From Fimbriimonadales bacterium (GTDB taxonomy: Bacteria; Armatimonadota; Fimbriimonadia; Fimbriimonadales; Fimbriimonadaceae): DNA of 64,000 nucleotides. Below are positions 54,279-63,618 of this stretch, piece after piece. Under the pieces are notes generated by a model that was given only the letters and a program-made list of their open reading frames with translations, made no database searches and was not told the origin of the DNA. The stretch spans positions 2,662 to 66,661 of the forward strand of contig JBBQUZ010000010.1 of the NCBI GenBank assembly GCA_038212035.1, written 5' to 3'. Position 1 is the first letter of the stretch. Each line of letters begins with the position of its first letter. Both the position numbers and the translations under genes were made by a program.

Positions 54279-55138
54279 GAAAATTTCTCTCGATTAGCCT
54301 TGTCGCTGCTTTTGGCACCATGGCAACGTCTGCCTTCGGCTGGGTCGACCTTGGCCACATGGTGATTGCCGAGATTGCCTGGCGTAGCCTTACTCCGAAA
54401 GTCCGGGCCGAGTGCCGGCGGCTCCTTCTCATTAACACTGATCCAAGGTCGGCTGACTTTGTGACGGCGGCTTGTTGGGCGGATGACACCAAGACTCGGC
54501 GCACGGCTCGCTGGCACTACGTAGACCATCATTTTAGGAGCGATGGCAGTCCGACCAACAATTTGCCCGATGCTGAAAACGTTGAGACGCAAATTGCCTA
54601 CTTCTCCCAGGTTCTGTCTCATCGCGAAGAGAGTGATAAAGATCGTGGCATCGCGCTGCGGTATCTCCTCCACCTTATTGGTGATATTCATCAGCCGCTT
54701 CACTGCTCTTCGAGGGATTCAGATCAGTACCCATTGGGAGATCGGGGAGGCAACTTGTTTGTGATCGCCCCGCCCAGCTCCCTTGAAATGATCAAGCGCT
54801 TGCCAAAGAACCTTCATGCGCTATGGGACCTCGGCGGCGGACTTTTGGCCATGCACGTAGCTCGCCCGCTATCTTCAGAATCCCAAATGTCGGTGTCGGA
54901 CTTGGCCGACCAAGTTCTGCTCCACTACCCGCCCTCCCGACTAAAGGGTCCAAGAATTGATGATCCATCGGTTTGGGCCGCCGAGGGACTTGCTCTATCC
55001 CAAACTCTGGTTTACCCACTCACTGAGCACGGAGCACCGGGGAATCTCTATTTGAAGCGAGTCGTCCGGGCGTCATCTTCCAGGCTCTCCATCGCCGGTT
55101 TCCGGCTTGCACAAAGGCTCAATCGTCTTCTTAACTGA
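54275..55138 (+). CDS. secreted S1/P1-family zinc nuclease
   Basis: 287 aa. The signal peptide ends ...TSAFG, so the mature protein starts WVDLGH (Trp1 and His6 as in nuclease P1). Further motifs are AACWADD, WHYVD, HLIGDIHQPLH and HALWD. All nine P1 zinc-ligand positions can be identified. The start overlaps the mazG stop as ATGA. Confidence 0.8.
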   Translation: MRKFLSISLVAAFGTMATSAFGWVDLGHMVIAEIAWRSLTPKVRAECRRLLLINTDPRSADFVTAACWADDTKTRRTARWHYVDHHFRSDGSPTNNLPDAENVETQIAYFSQVLSHREESDKDRGIALRYLLHLIGDIHQPLHCSSRDSDQYPLGDRGGNLFVIAPPSSLEMIKRLPKNLHALWDLGGGLLAMHVARPLSSESQMSVSDLADQVLLHYPPSRLKGPRIDDPSVWAAEGLALSQTLVYPLTEHGAPGNLYLKRVVRASSSRLSIAGFRLAQRLNRLLN

Positions 55139-55157
55139 ACGATCTTTGGGCCTAACC

Positions 55158-55184
55158 TAAAGTTGTTCCATGTTTTGCCGAAAC
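55158..55184 (+). promoter_or_regulatory. sigma-28 (FliA)-type promoter upstream of flagellin
   Basis: TAAA (55158-55161), a 15-nt spacer, then GCCGAAAC (55177-55184). The consensus is TAAA-N15-GCCGATAA. It lies about 80 nt upstream of the flagellin TTG start. Confidence 0.55.
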
Positions 55185-55263
55185 TCCTACACATGGAATC
55201 AAGGATTTCGAAAATTCTTTTGATCCCCCGTGAGAGCACGAAACAAGATAGGGAGCTAGACAC

Positions 55264-56748
55264 TTGAGCCTACGCATCAACACCAACGTTCCGGCCATGA
55301 TGGCCCTGAGAAACCTCGGGAATACCAGCGACAACATCGCGATGAGTATTAGTCGACTAAGCACGGGGTTAAAAATCACCACCGCAGCCGATGACCCCGC
55401 TGGCCTCATCATCAGCGAGGGCATGCGTGCTCAGCTGAGCGGAATTTCCCGGGCCATTCAGAATTCCCAAGACGCCGTTAACATGTCCAAGACGGCAGAG
55501 GGCGCTCTAAATGAAGTGCAAACGTTGCTCACCAATATTAGGGGTATTGCCGTGCACGCGGCTAACTCGGCGGTGGTTGACTCCGCCCAATTGGAAGCGG
55601 ACCAGCAACAGATTCAGTCGACGATCCAATCGATTGACCGAATTGCAAGCACCACGAGCTTTGGAACCAAAAAGCTTCTCAACGGAACGGCGGGCATTAC
55701 CGCTAACGTAACTGACTCCACCGATGTGGGCGGTGCCTACTTTGGCAGTTCGTTTGGTGGCCTACAAATCTCAAACGGCCCCGTGACGGTGACTCGAACT
55801 ACGGCGGCAGCTCAAACTTCGCTTCAAACCAACCGCGCCTTTACCGCAACCACCGATGTGGTGCCCGCCGGATCCTTTGCGGTGAACGGATATACGTTCA
55901 CCACCGACGGAACGACGGACACCGTGTCAACGTTGGTCGCCAAGATCAATGCTCAGGCCAGTAATACTGGGGTAACCGCCAGTCCGGTAAGCAGTGGCGG
56001 TTTCTTTCATATCACTTTAACCGCTAATAATTATGGCTCTCAATTCCCAGTTAGCTACTTTGACGCAAATAACACCCTGAACACAGTGGCAAACCCCGCG
56101 CCTACGGTCGCCGGAGCAGACGCAGTAGCCACCGTCACCGCCAGCATCCTTACCAGCACCGGTGCCCTTTCCACTACTACGGTCAACTTTACCGGGGGTA
56201 GGGGCCCTAAGGAATCGGGCCTTCGTCTTAGCGACTCCCAGGGCAACATGATTTTGATGACCGGCACAGGCAATACAACCGGCACGTTATCTTCCGCAAC
56301 CGGAATTGGCACCATTGCCGCCGGCAATGTTCGGTTCCAAATTGGGGCTTACTCTACCGAAAGCGTTTCCTACGGTATGCCAGACAGCCGAGCCAGTAAT
56401 TTAGGCACCGGCGTGTTGGCTAATCAGAGCTTGAGCACGATTGATGTTCGCAGCTCTAATGGCGCTCAGAATGCAATGGATATCATTGATAGTGCCATCA
56501 CGCAGCTAGCATCCATGCGGGGCAACCTCGGTTCGTTCCAGAAAAATTTCTTGGAATCCACCGTTCGATCTCTGGGCGTAGCCCAAGAAAATCTAACCTC
56601 CACCGAAAGCACGATTCGGGATGCGGATATGGCGGAAGAAATTACGAGGTACACCCGGCTTCAGGTGCTTCAATCAAGCGGAATGTCCGTGCTATCTCAG
56701 GCTAACCAAGCCCCCAACCAGGTTCTGCAACTTCTTAAGGGCGGCTAA
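55264..56748 (+). CDS. fliC: flagellin
   Basis: 494 aa with a TTG start behind an AGGGAG Shine-Dalgarno. The conserved N-terminus is MSLRINTNVPAMMALRNL...RLSTGLKITTAADDPAGL. The conserved C-terminus is LGSFQKNFLESTV...EEITRYTRLQVLQSSGMSVLSQANQAPNQVLQLL. The central region is variable and Thr/Gly-rich. Confidence 0.9.
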   Translation: MSLRINTNVPAMMALRNLGNTSDNIAMSISRLSTGLKITTAADDPAGLIISEGMRAQLSGISRAIQNSQDAVNMSKTAEGALNEVQTLLTNIRGIAVHAANSAVVDSAQLEADQQQIQSTIQSIDRIASTTSFGTKKLLNGTAGITANVTDSTDVGGAYFGSSFGGLQISNGPVTVTRTTAAAQTSLQTNRAFTATTDVVPAGSFAVNGYTFTTDGTTDTVSTLVAKINAQASNTGVTASPVSSGGFFHITLTANNYGSQFPVSYFDANNTLNTVANPAPTVAGADAVATVTASILTSTGALSTTTVNFTGGRGPKESGLRLSDSQGNMILMTGTGNTTGTLSSATGIGTIAAGNVRFQIGAYSTESVSYGMPDSRASNLGTGVLANQSLSTIDVRSSNGAQNAMDIIDSAITQLASMRGNLGSFQKNFLESTVRSLGVAQENLTSTESTIRDADMAEEITRYTRLQVLQSSGMSVLSQANQAPNQVLQLLKGG

Positions 56749-56785
56749 TCAAGTCTAAATTTCTCTACCCAATCAACCTCACTCC

Positions 56786-56811
56786 GGCCCCTCTAATTTA
56801 ATAGAAGGGCC
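56786..56811. terminator. hairpin between the convergent flagellin and pseudopilin-like genes
   Basis: ggcccctcta (56786-56795) pairs with tagaagggcc (56802-56811). The stem is 10 bp with one mismatch. Confidence 0.45.
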
Positions 56812-56831
56812 TGGGAGTATTTGAGGCGGGT

Positions 56832-57740
56832 TTAGTTGGTGCTGCCCAGGAATCCGTTCTGGCAATTCTCCGGGTTGTTGCCACCGTCGTAGCTGGAGAG
56901 GTAGGAGCAAGGGTTTGGAACCGCTAATTGGGTGGGCTTACCGTTGGAGGTGTAGCCGTTCTGGTTCAAACTGGGGTTGAATTTATTGTACTTAACGTGA
57001 CCGTCAACGTACAGGAAGTCGTATCCCCCAAAGGTGAAAGAACCGGCTCGCGCGGCGGCTTCGCAGGGGCTGTCGGGGGCGTAACCGGCGGGCCGCAGGT
57101 CATCCATCGAGATGTTCAGAATAGGGAGGCCACTGGTTTCGCCTTCCATAAGCACGCTGGATGGTGAAGCAACCGAGCTTTGGTTCACGCCAACTTTAGG
57201 CTTGGATCGATACTGCGCCGGGGTCGCATTCCCGCCAATATCGATGGTGGTGTAAGTGTTTCCCGCTGGGTTGACCACTTCGCCGGTCCGTACCAATCCG
57301 GTGTTGTTATCAAAGTTGAATCCAATGTTGAAGCCATAGCCCCAGATGGAATTCAGACCGGTTGGATTGTCCTCTCCGCCTTTCTGGAAATACCAGGTTC
57401 CGTAAGCATCGTTAGCAGTCGGGCCACACACGCTCGCCAAGGAGCTCGGTGACGTGGGTCGGCCTGGGTTCAGGAGGATATTCAAGCTCTTCATGTATGG
57501 CTGAACCCAGAAGTTGAAGTCTCCCGGAAAGCGCTTAAAGTAGGAAGTCGGGAATCGATCTTCGTAGTCGTTCATATACATGAACTGAGCGAGACCAATC
57601 TGCTTGAGGTTGGATATGGACGTGGACTTCTTGGCCGCCGTTTTTGCCTGGGCAAATACGGGGAAGAGGATCGCGGCGAGGATGGCAATAATAGCAATGA
57701 CCACCAACAATTCAATAAGGGTAAATGCAGATCGCTTCAA
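56832..57740 (-). CDS. prepilin-type N-terminal cleavage/methylation domain protein (second pseudopilin-like paralog)
   Basis: 302 aa with a TTG start behind a GAAGGAG Shine-Dalgarno. The N-terminus [32 protein letters not shown] is nearly identical to that of the ORF at 5011-5892. The C-terminal motif is [10 protein letters not shown]. Confidence 0.85.
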   Translation of the reverse strand: MKRSAFTLIELLVVIAIIAILAAILFPVFAQAKTAAKKSTSISNLKQIGLAQFMYMNDYEDRFPTSYFKRFPGDFNFWVQPYMKSLNILLNPGRPTSPSSLASVCGPTANDAYGTWYFQKGGEDNPTGLNSIWGYGFNIGFNFDNNTGLVRTGEVVNPAGNTYTTIDIGGNATPAQYRSKPKVGVNQSSVASPSSVLMEGETSGLPILNISMDDLRPAGYAPDSPCEAAARAGSFTFGGYDFLYVDGHVKYNKFNPSLNQNGYTSNGKPTQLAVPNPCSYLSSYDGGNNPENCQNGFLGSTN

Positions 57741-58164
57741 GGGAGGCTCCTTCGTGGCCCCCTACTGGAACCACGATTCTTAGTTTGCACAAGAAATTGT
57801 TAAGGCAACGTTATCGGACGGTTAACCTGGTATTTGCATCTCAAAGTGCAACTGTGATCATAGCATGAGGGAACCTGTCTTCGGTCTTCAGGGTGCTGGG
57901 ACTCCGCCGGGAATTGTCGGAGTACAGCCCATGTACGTGAACTGCGTAGCGGGTGGCTAATCTCAGTGAAACTTTCTGTAAACGTGGCCCGGACCTTCTT
58001 TGAAATCAGGCGAAGCAAACGCACAGTCTAGGCTTTTAAGCGGGATTCATGCCTGTGTGCCTTAGCATTTCCGACAATAGCCTGGCACGTCCACGTTCAA
58101 ATCTTCCCGAAAAAAGTAGAGAAGCCCATAGATTTCGCCGATCTTTAATAGGGTCACCTGAACT

Positions 58165-58500
58165 ATGACGGATCGAACGGAAACATCCTTTTTGCGCAGC
58201 GAAGCCAGACGGCTTCGCACGGACGCCCAACGCAAACTGGTGGCGGCCAGCCTTAAATGCTGCCCGCTGTGCGGAGCGGTGAATGCGCTGACCAACCGAG
58301 AGTGCTTTGTTTGCCGATGGTACGGAACTTTTTCTCGTGACCCATTGAGTGTGGAAACCGCACTCAACGACCTGCTGGAACGATGTCCGGAACTCGTGGA
58401 TTCGGTAATCCTTGACGTCCCCAGACGACGTACCATTTTACGCCGATTCATAGGTTGGATTCGTTCTCATTTTCACCGACCCCTCGATATCTTTGCTTAG
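58165..58500 (+). CDS. hypothetical small protein with a zinc-ribbon-like CxxC...CxxC motif
   Basis: 111 aa. The sequence CCPLCGAVNALTNRECFVCRW provides four Cys in a ribbon spacing. I recognised no family. Confidence 0.4.
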   Translation: MTDRTETSFLRSEARRLRTDAQRKLVAASLKCCPLCGAVNALTNRECFVCRWYGTFSRDPLSVETALNDLLERCPELVDSVILDVPRRRTILRRFIGWIRSHFHRPLDIFA

Positions 58501-58605
58501 GTGAACCCCACCCGTCGGCTACTCCCTCTACGACGGGGGATTTTGAAATGGGCCAAAGATTTGGTGCCACCAAGGACGATTACCTGCCTATAATGATCTT
58601 CCCCA

Positions 58606-60003
58606 ATGGCGTTTAGCCCCGAAGATTTAGAACCCCTGGCTAATATAGAAGCCGAGATGAGCGCCCTTGGCTCTATGTTGCTCTCTGAACGCGCGGCCGA
58701 GGAGCTGGTCGTTCGCCTGGAAGATCGTGATTTCTACCGTCCCGCGCACAGGACTATGTTCCGAGCCATGCGTCAGCTGGTTCAAAACAATCGGCGCATT
58801 GATTTTGTCACCCTTAAAGAAGAACTCACCGCCCGGGGTGCGCTGGCGGATGTGGGGGGAGAAGACTACATTCTCCAGATTGCCGAGTTTACGCCCAGTC
58901 CGGCCAACTCCTCGTATTACGCGGATATCGTCCTCGATAAATCTAAACTTCGGCAGTTGGATGAGGCTTCTAAAATCATCGGGGGGATCGTTCGCGACCC
59001 CGAGATTGCCACGGCTGACGAAAAAATTGATCGGGCAGAGGCTACTGTTTTCGACGTCGGAAGGGGTTCCCTGGGAAAGCACTTTATCCCAATTCGATCC
59101 CTGGCTAAAGATTACTTTCTCGATGTCGATCGGATTGTCGAGACCGGAATTCCGATGGTGGGCACCCCCAGCGGATTCAAAGACTTAGATGATATGACGA
59201 GCGGGTTTTACAACGGAGATCTGGTCATCATTGGGGCAAGGCCCTCTATGGGAAAAACCTCGCTGGTTCTCAGCTTTGCCGTGAATATCGCCCGAGAAAT
59301 TCAGAAAGAAGAGAGAGTGGGTAGCGTAGCAATTTTTAGTCTAGAAATGGGTGCGATGCAACTGGTGCGCCGAATGGCTTCGATGATCTCCGGCATTTCG
59401 TCTTCGGTTCTCAAGACCGCCAACATTTCCGACGCGGCCTACCAAAAACTCGCTGATGGCTGCGAAACCCTTTACAATCTGCCCATCTACATCGACGACT
59501 CAAGCGATGTCAGTCCGCTGGAAATGCGGGGAAAGTGTCGGCGTCTCAAAGCAGAAACTGGACTCTCGCTGATCATTATTGATTACCTGCAACTCATGAA
59601 GTCGTCTCGCAGAAATGAGAACCGAGTTCAGGAGATCTCTGATATTGCCCGGGGAATCAAATCAATGGCCAAGGAACTTCAGGTCCCAGTTATCGCTCTC
59701 AGTCAGCTCAACCGAAGCGTAGAAAGCCGAGACGACAAGCGCCCTCAACTTTCGGACATCCGAGAATCCGGGTCCATCGAGGCGGAAGCCGACTTGGTTA
59801 TGTTACTTTATAGAGACGGCTACTATAAGGCGAAAGAAGAGCACCGGGCCGAAGCCTCGAATCCCGAAGAACCTCAGGAAGCCGAAGTTATCATCGCCAA
59901 GCACCGAAACGGGCCGACCGGCAAAGTCATCTTGGGTTTTCAGCCCGCGTTTGCGCGATTCTGCATGCTGGAGCGCGGAGGGGCACGCTACGGAGAGGAT
60001 TAA
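58606..60003 (+). CDS. dnaB: replicative DNA helicase
   Basis: 465 aa. The DnaB N-domain shows NIEAEMSALGSMLL. Walker A is GARPSMGKTS and Walker B is LIIIDYLQLM. SQLNRSVESR and AKHRNGPTG are present. The length is standard, so no intein is indicated. Confidence 0.95.
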   Translation: MAFSPEDLEPLANIEAEMSALGSMLLSERAAEELVVRLEDRDFYRPAHRTMFRAMRQLVQNNRRIDFVTLKEELTARGALADVGGEDYILQIAEFTPSPANSSYYADIVLDKSKLRQLDEASKIIGGIVRDPEIATADEKIDRAEATVFDVGRGSLGKHFIPIRSLAKDYFLDVDRIVETGIPMVGTPSGFKDLDDMTSGFYNGDLVIIGARPSMGKTSLVLSFAVNIAREIQKEERVGSVAIFSLEMGAMQLVRRMASMISGISSSVLKTANISDAAYQKLADGCETLYNLPIYIDDSSDVSPLEMRGKCRRLKAETGLSLIIIDYLQLMKSSRRNENRVQEISDIARGIKSMAKELQVPVIALSQLNRSVESRDDKRPQLSDIRESGSIEAEADLVMLLYRDGYYKAKEEHRAEASNPEEPQEAEVIIAKHRNGPTGKVILGFQPAFARFCMLERGGARYGED

Positions 60004-60012
60004 GAACAAACC

Positions 60013-61263
60013 ATGAAGATTCTCGTGATCGGAGGGGGAGGGCGAGAGCATGCCCTGGCCTGGAAGTTATCGGAAGAAGCGGAAGTTTTGGCGACTCCGG
60101 GCAACCCTGGAATCGCCCAAGATGTTGCAACCGCATCGGTTCTGGCTGATGACTTTCCCGGACTCGCAGACCTCGCCAAGTCTTATGGAGCTGACCTCGT
60201 CGTGGTCGGTCCGGAAGACCCTCTGGTCGCTGGACTGGGCGATTTTCTCAGAGAGCAAGGATTCCCCGTCTTTGGACCCTCTAAGGCGGCGGCTCAGCTA
60301 GAGGCATCTAAAGCGTTTAGCAAAGTGTTGATGCAAGACGCCGGAGTTCCCACCGCCGCATTTATGACTTTCACGGACCCAAACGTGGCCAAAGAATACG
60401 TTCGTGAGCGATTCTTGGACGGCTACGCGGTAGCGGTAAAGGCGAGTGGAAATGCGCTGGGAAAAGGCGTTGTGGTCGCCAAAACCGAAGCCGAAGCGGA
60501 ACACGCCATCGACACCATGATGCTAGAGCGTGCCTACGGGCCCGCCGGAGAAACCGTGGTGATTGAGGACCGTTTGCGTGGCCCAGAATACAGCCTGCTT
60601 ACTATTGTAGGCGACCACAACTACGTGAGCCTGCCGGTGGCTCAAGACCATAAGCCGGTGGGGAACGGGAATACGGGGCCAAATACGGGGGGAATGGGCA
60701 CCTTTTCACCGGTGAGTTGGGTCACGCCATCCATGATTTTGGAAACTGAAGCGCGAGTGGTAGAGCCCACATTGGCCGCTCTCCGAACCCGAGGACTTCC
60801 CTACCGAGGCACTCTGTTTTCCGGGTTAATGATGGATGAAGGGCGGATCCATTGCTTAGAGTTCAACGTTCGCTTTGGCGACCCCGAGACCCAATCGCTG
60901 ATGCGCCGGCTCGGCAAAGGATTTGCGCAGGCCCTCTATCAAGCCGCCACCGGTCAAGTCATAGAAGCTCCCGAGGTCCTGAATAATCATGCTTTGACCG
61001 TAGTGATTGCTAGCGGCGGTTACCCCGGCAAAATCCGCTGCGGCCGTCCCATTCAACTTCCCACTGAATGGCCCCTAGGAGTTAAGGTCTTCCACGCCGG
61101 AACGGCCCTGAGTTCTGAAGGTCAGCTGATCACAGCGGGGGGGAGAGTCTTCGGAGTTTCTGCGGCGGGCACGACTCTGGAGCAAGCTCGTTCTGCCGCT
61201 TACGCGGCGGCGCACCTTGTGAAATTTGACGGCGCATTCTATCGATCCGACCTCGGTGCCTAA
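60013..61263 (+). CDS. purD: phosphoribosylamine--glycine ligase
   Basis: 416 aa. Motifs MKILVIGGGGREHALAWKL, an ATP-grasp core, LEFNVRFGDPE and GGRV are present. Confidence 0.95.
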   Translation: MKILVIGGGGREHALAWKLSEEAEVLATPGNPGIAQDVATASVLADDFPGLADLAKSYGADLVVVGPEDPLVAGLGDFLREQGFPVFGPSKAAAQLEASKAFSKVLMQDAGVPTAAFMTFTDPNVAKEYVRERFLDGYAVAVKASGNALGKGVVVAKTEAEAEHAIDTMMLERAYGPAGETVVIEDRLRGPEYSLLTIVGDHNYVSLPVAQDHKPVGNGNTGPNTGGMGTFSPVSWVTPSMILETEARVVEPTLAALRTRGLPYRGTLFSGLMMDEGRIHCLEFNVRFGDPETQSLMRRLGKGFAQALYQAATGQVIEAPEVLNNHALTVVIASGGYPGKIRCGRPIQLPTEWPLGVKVFHAGTALSSEGQLITAGGRVFGVSAAGTTLEQARSAAYAAAHLVKFDGAFYRSDLGA

Positions 61264-61287
61264 TCCCTCTTGGATTTACATTTACTG

Positions 61288-61296
61288 TGATACAAT
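61288..61296 (+). promoter_or_regulatory. extended -10 element (TGaTACAAT) upstream of the ankyrin-like gene
   Basis: TG at 61288-61289 and TACAAT at 61291-61296. The -35 is poor (TTGGAT with a 15-nt spacer). It implies a leader of about 130 nt before the ATG at 61433. Confidence 0.3.
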
Positions 61297-61432
61297 TTGG
61301 GTAGCGAGCAGGTCGCTTCCCGTCCGCGGAGAGAACTGAGTTCCCCTGTAACGCCTTGAATATTGTTGTGTTCTTGCGAACTTCCTTTCGCCCGAGCGTT
61401 GCGGACACCGGGCCCAAACTAGGGAGTCCGTT

Positions 61433-62692
61433 ATGTCAACTGAACCAAATCGTCACTTTCCTGTGCATCCTAACCTGGAGCAACTTAGGCACCAGGCCAA
61501 AGACCTCCTGAAATCCGTCCTTTCCGGTGACCCAAACGCTACGGAAGAATTCCTTCAACTTCACCCTCGCGTAAAGACAGCCGACGCACCCAAATTAGCT
61601 GACGCCCAGCTGGTTCTGGCCAGAAGCTACGGAATTTCTGACTGGCCCCGATTGGCGGAAGCCTGCAATCTCATCGATGCGATCCGGGCCAACGACCCGG
61701 ACCTCGTTCGAGACTTGGTGACTCGTAACCCCCGCCTCCTCACCGAGAACGCCCGCGCAACCGAGCAATGCAACTGGGGTCCGCCGATGTCTTACGCAGC
61801 AAATGTGGGGAGTAATTCGGTGATCGAAATGCTGAAATTTTTGGGTGCCGAAGATGTTCAGCACGCTTTTGAACGAGCCTGCCTTCAGGGAAGGTTGGAA
61901 TCGGCGAAGCTACTTTACGCAATGGGAGCGCGCCCCGAAGTGGGATCTGTTATGGGTCCATGCGAAACTCTGAATGATGATGGTCTGGTTTTTCTGTTAG
62001 ACCTAGGCACTTCATTTACGGATGAGAAGGGAGATTCGCTGGCACCGGTGGGATTGTTATTGCAAACCTATACAAGGAATCCAAATGGAAAGCATGGTTG
62101 CCTCGAAACAGTTCAGCAAAGAGTGATGGAATTGACCAATACGGCCCCGATGGCTGTTCATCGGGGCCTACAAGACCTTTTGGAAGCCCATTTGCTTAAT
62201 GATCCGGAACTTTTTACCCGCACCTACTCTCATCATGAAATCTATCCGTTGGCCCTGGGTTGTTCTGAAGACCCATCTTATGCGCTCCACGGAACTCCAT
62301 TGTCGGGAGGCACGCTCCTTCAAATGTGCGTGGATTTTGACGAGTATGAGCTTGCGGTGTGGATGCTAAAAAGTGGAGCCCGGGTCGACGCGAAAGCTGC
62401 CGTAGATGCCGACGGATTTGGTGGTCACACCGCAGTTTTTGGGACCGTGGTATCACAACCTTACCGGTCCCATTGTCGGGGTCACGAACGGTTTTTGCAG
62501 TTGTTTATGGACCGCGGAGCTGACCTAAACCTGCGGGCCTCACTCCGCAAAGAACTGCGCTTTGTGGCCGACGAAACCCTTCACGAGTATCGAGACGTAA
62601 CGCCACTTGGTTGGGGTGAACAATTTCACGATCAAGAATGGGTGAATCCGGCCGCAATAAAATTGCTGAGGACCCACGGAGGTACGGCTTAA
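61433..62692 (+). CDS. hypothetical protein with ankyrin-like repeats
   Basis: 419 aa. Helix-turn-helix repeats are present, for example GTPLSGGTLLQMCVDFDEYELAVWMLKSGARVDAKA and GHTAVFGTVV. I recognised no catalytic motif. Confidence 0.55.
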   Translation: MSTEPNRHFPVHPNLEQLRHQAKDLLKSVLSGDPNATEEFLQLHPRVKTADAPKLADAQLVLARSYGISDWPRLAEACNLIDAIRANDPDLVRDLVTRNPRLLTENARATEQCNWGPPMSYAANVGSNSVIEMLKFLGAEDVQHAFERACLQGRLESAKLLYAMGARPEVGSVMGPCETLNDDGLVFLLDLGTSFTDEKGDSLAPVGLLLQTYTRNPNGKHGCLETVQQRVMELTNTAPMAVHRGLQDLLEAHLLNDPELFTRTYSHHEIYPLALGCSEDPSYALHGTPLSGGTLLQMCVDFDEYELAVWMLKSGARVDAKAAVDADGFGGHTAVFGTVVSQPYRSHCRGHERFLQLFMDRGADLNLRASLRKELRFVADETLHEYRDVTPLGWGEQFHDQEWVNPAAIKLLRTHGGTA

Positions 62693-62719
62693 CCGCCATA
62701 TGGGAATGACAAACGCCGG

Positions 62720-63547
62720 TTACTTCTTGGCGCGAAATGCTTCTAGCTCCGCCACGCGCTCTTTTCCAATGAGCTTAAGGTGATCCTTCCAAGAATCGAC
62801 TTTAGGTTCGAGTTCTTCCACGATCGCCTCCGCAATGGAGAGATCACGGAACCATTTGTGGTTTGCATTCACCACTCGCCACGGCGAGTGGTGAGTGCTA
62901 CATTTGGTGATTGCGTCGTCGTAGGCTCGTTGGTAATCAGACCAGAGTTCCCTTTCCTTCCAGTCGTTCACCGAGAGTTTCCACGATTTGGTGGGGTCCT
63001 TTTCTCGGTCTAGTAGCCTCTCCCGTTGCTCATCTTTGCTGATATTCAGAAAGAATTTAAGAATCATTGTTCCCGACGCAGAGAGGATTTCTTCGAACGC
63101 GTTGATTCTTGCGTATCGATCAGAAATCGTGCCCTTGGGGGCCAGTTCATGAACGCGTACGATGAGGACGTCTTCGTAGTGGCTTCGATTGAACACGGTC
63201 ATCCCACCCTTGGCGGGAGTCTGAGCGTGAACTCGCCAAAGAAAATCGTGGGCCAATTCTTGTTCGGTAGGTTGCTTAAACGAAGCTACTCGGCAACTTT
63301 GAACATTTACGTAGTTCAAGATTGTGCGGATAGCTCCATCTTTCCCGCTTGTATCCATTCCCTGTAAAACAACCAGTAAGGCGTCTTGTCCGGCCGCAAA
63401 CATGAGTTCTTGAAGCTCCGCCATTCTGATCCCGAGCTTGGCCAATTCAACCAACCCACACTCTTTCTCCAGACCGTCGTGCTGCCCCGGATTGATGTCC
63501 TCTAGGGAGACTTTATCTCCCGGCTTGATAAGATGCGCGTACGCCAC
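62720..63547 (-). CDS. ppk2: polyphosphate kinase 2 family protein (polyphosphate:nucleotide phosphotransferase)
   Basis: 275 aa. The P-loop-like motif is VLQGMDTSGKDGAI. FNRSHYEDVL and WKLSVNDWKERELW are typical of PPK2. Confidence 0.85.
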   Translation of the reverse strand: MAYAHLIKPGDKVSLEDINPGQHDGLEKECGLVELAKLGIRMAELQELMFAAGQDALLVVLQGMDTSGKDGAIRTILNYVNVQSCRVASFKQPTEQELAHDFLWRVHAQTPAKGGMTVFNRSHYEDVLIVRVHELAPKGTISDRYARINAFEEILSASGTMILKFFLNISKDEQRERLLDREKDPTKSWKLSVNDWKERELWSDYQRAYDDAITKCSTHHSPWRVVNANHKWFRDLSIAEAIVEELEPKVDSWKDHLKLIGKERVAELEAFRAKK

Positions 63548-63618
63548 AATATTTTAGTGTAGACCGATCTGCAAGATTTTGCGTTGGGTGGCACTTGCTG
63601 GTACCCTTTTAGACCTTA

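Noticed and set aside
58095-58103. GTTCAAATC, a tRNA T-loop-like string in the long noncoding region
   Set aside because: The flanking bases (tccac / ttccc) cannot form a T-stem, and no acceptor or anticodon arms can be drawn. I recognised no tRNA anywhere in the window.
61297-61432. The ~130-nt leader of the ankyrin-like gene as a possible riboswitch
   Set aside because: Only a short 5-bp hairpin (agcga...tcgct) is visible, and I recognised no conserved riboswitch core sequence. It is kept only as a low-confidence promoter annotation.
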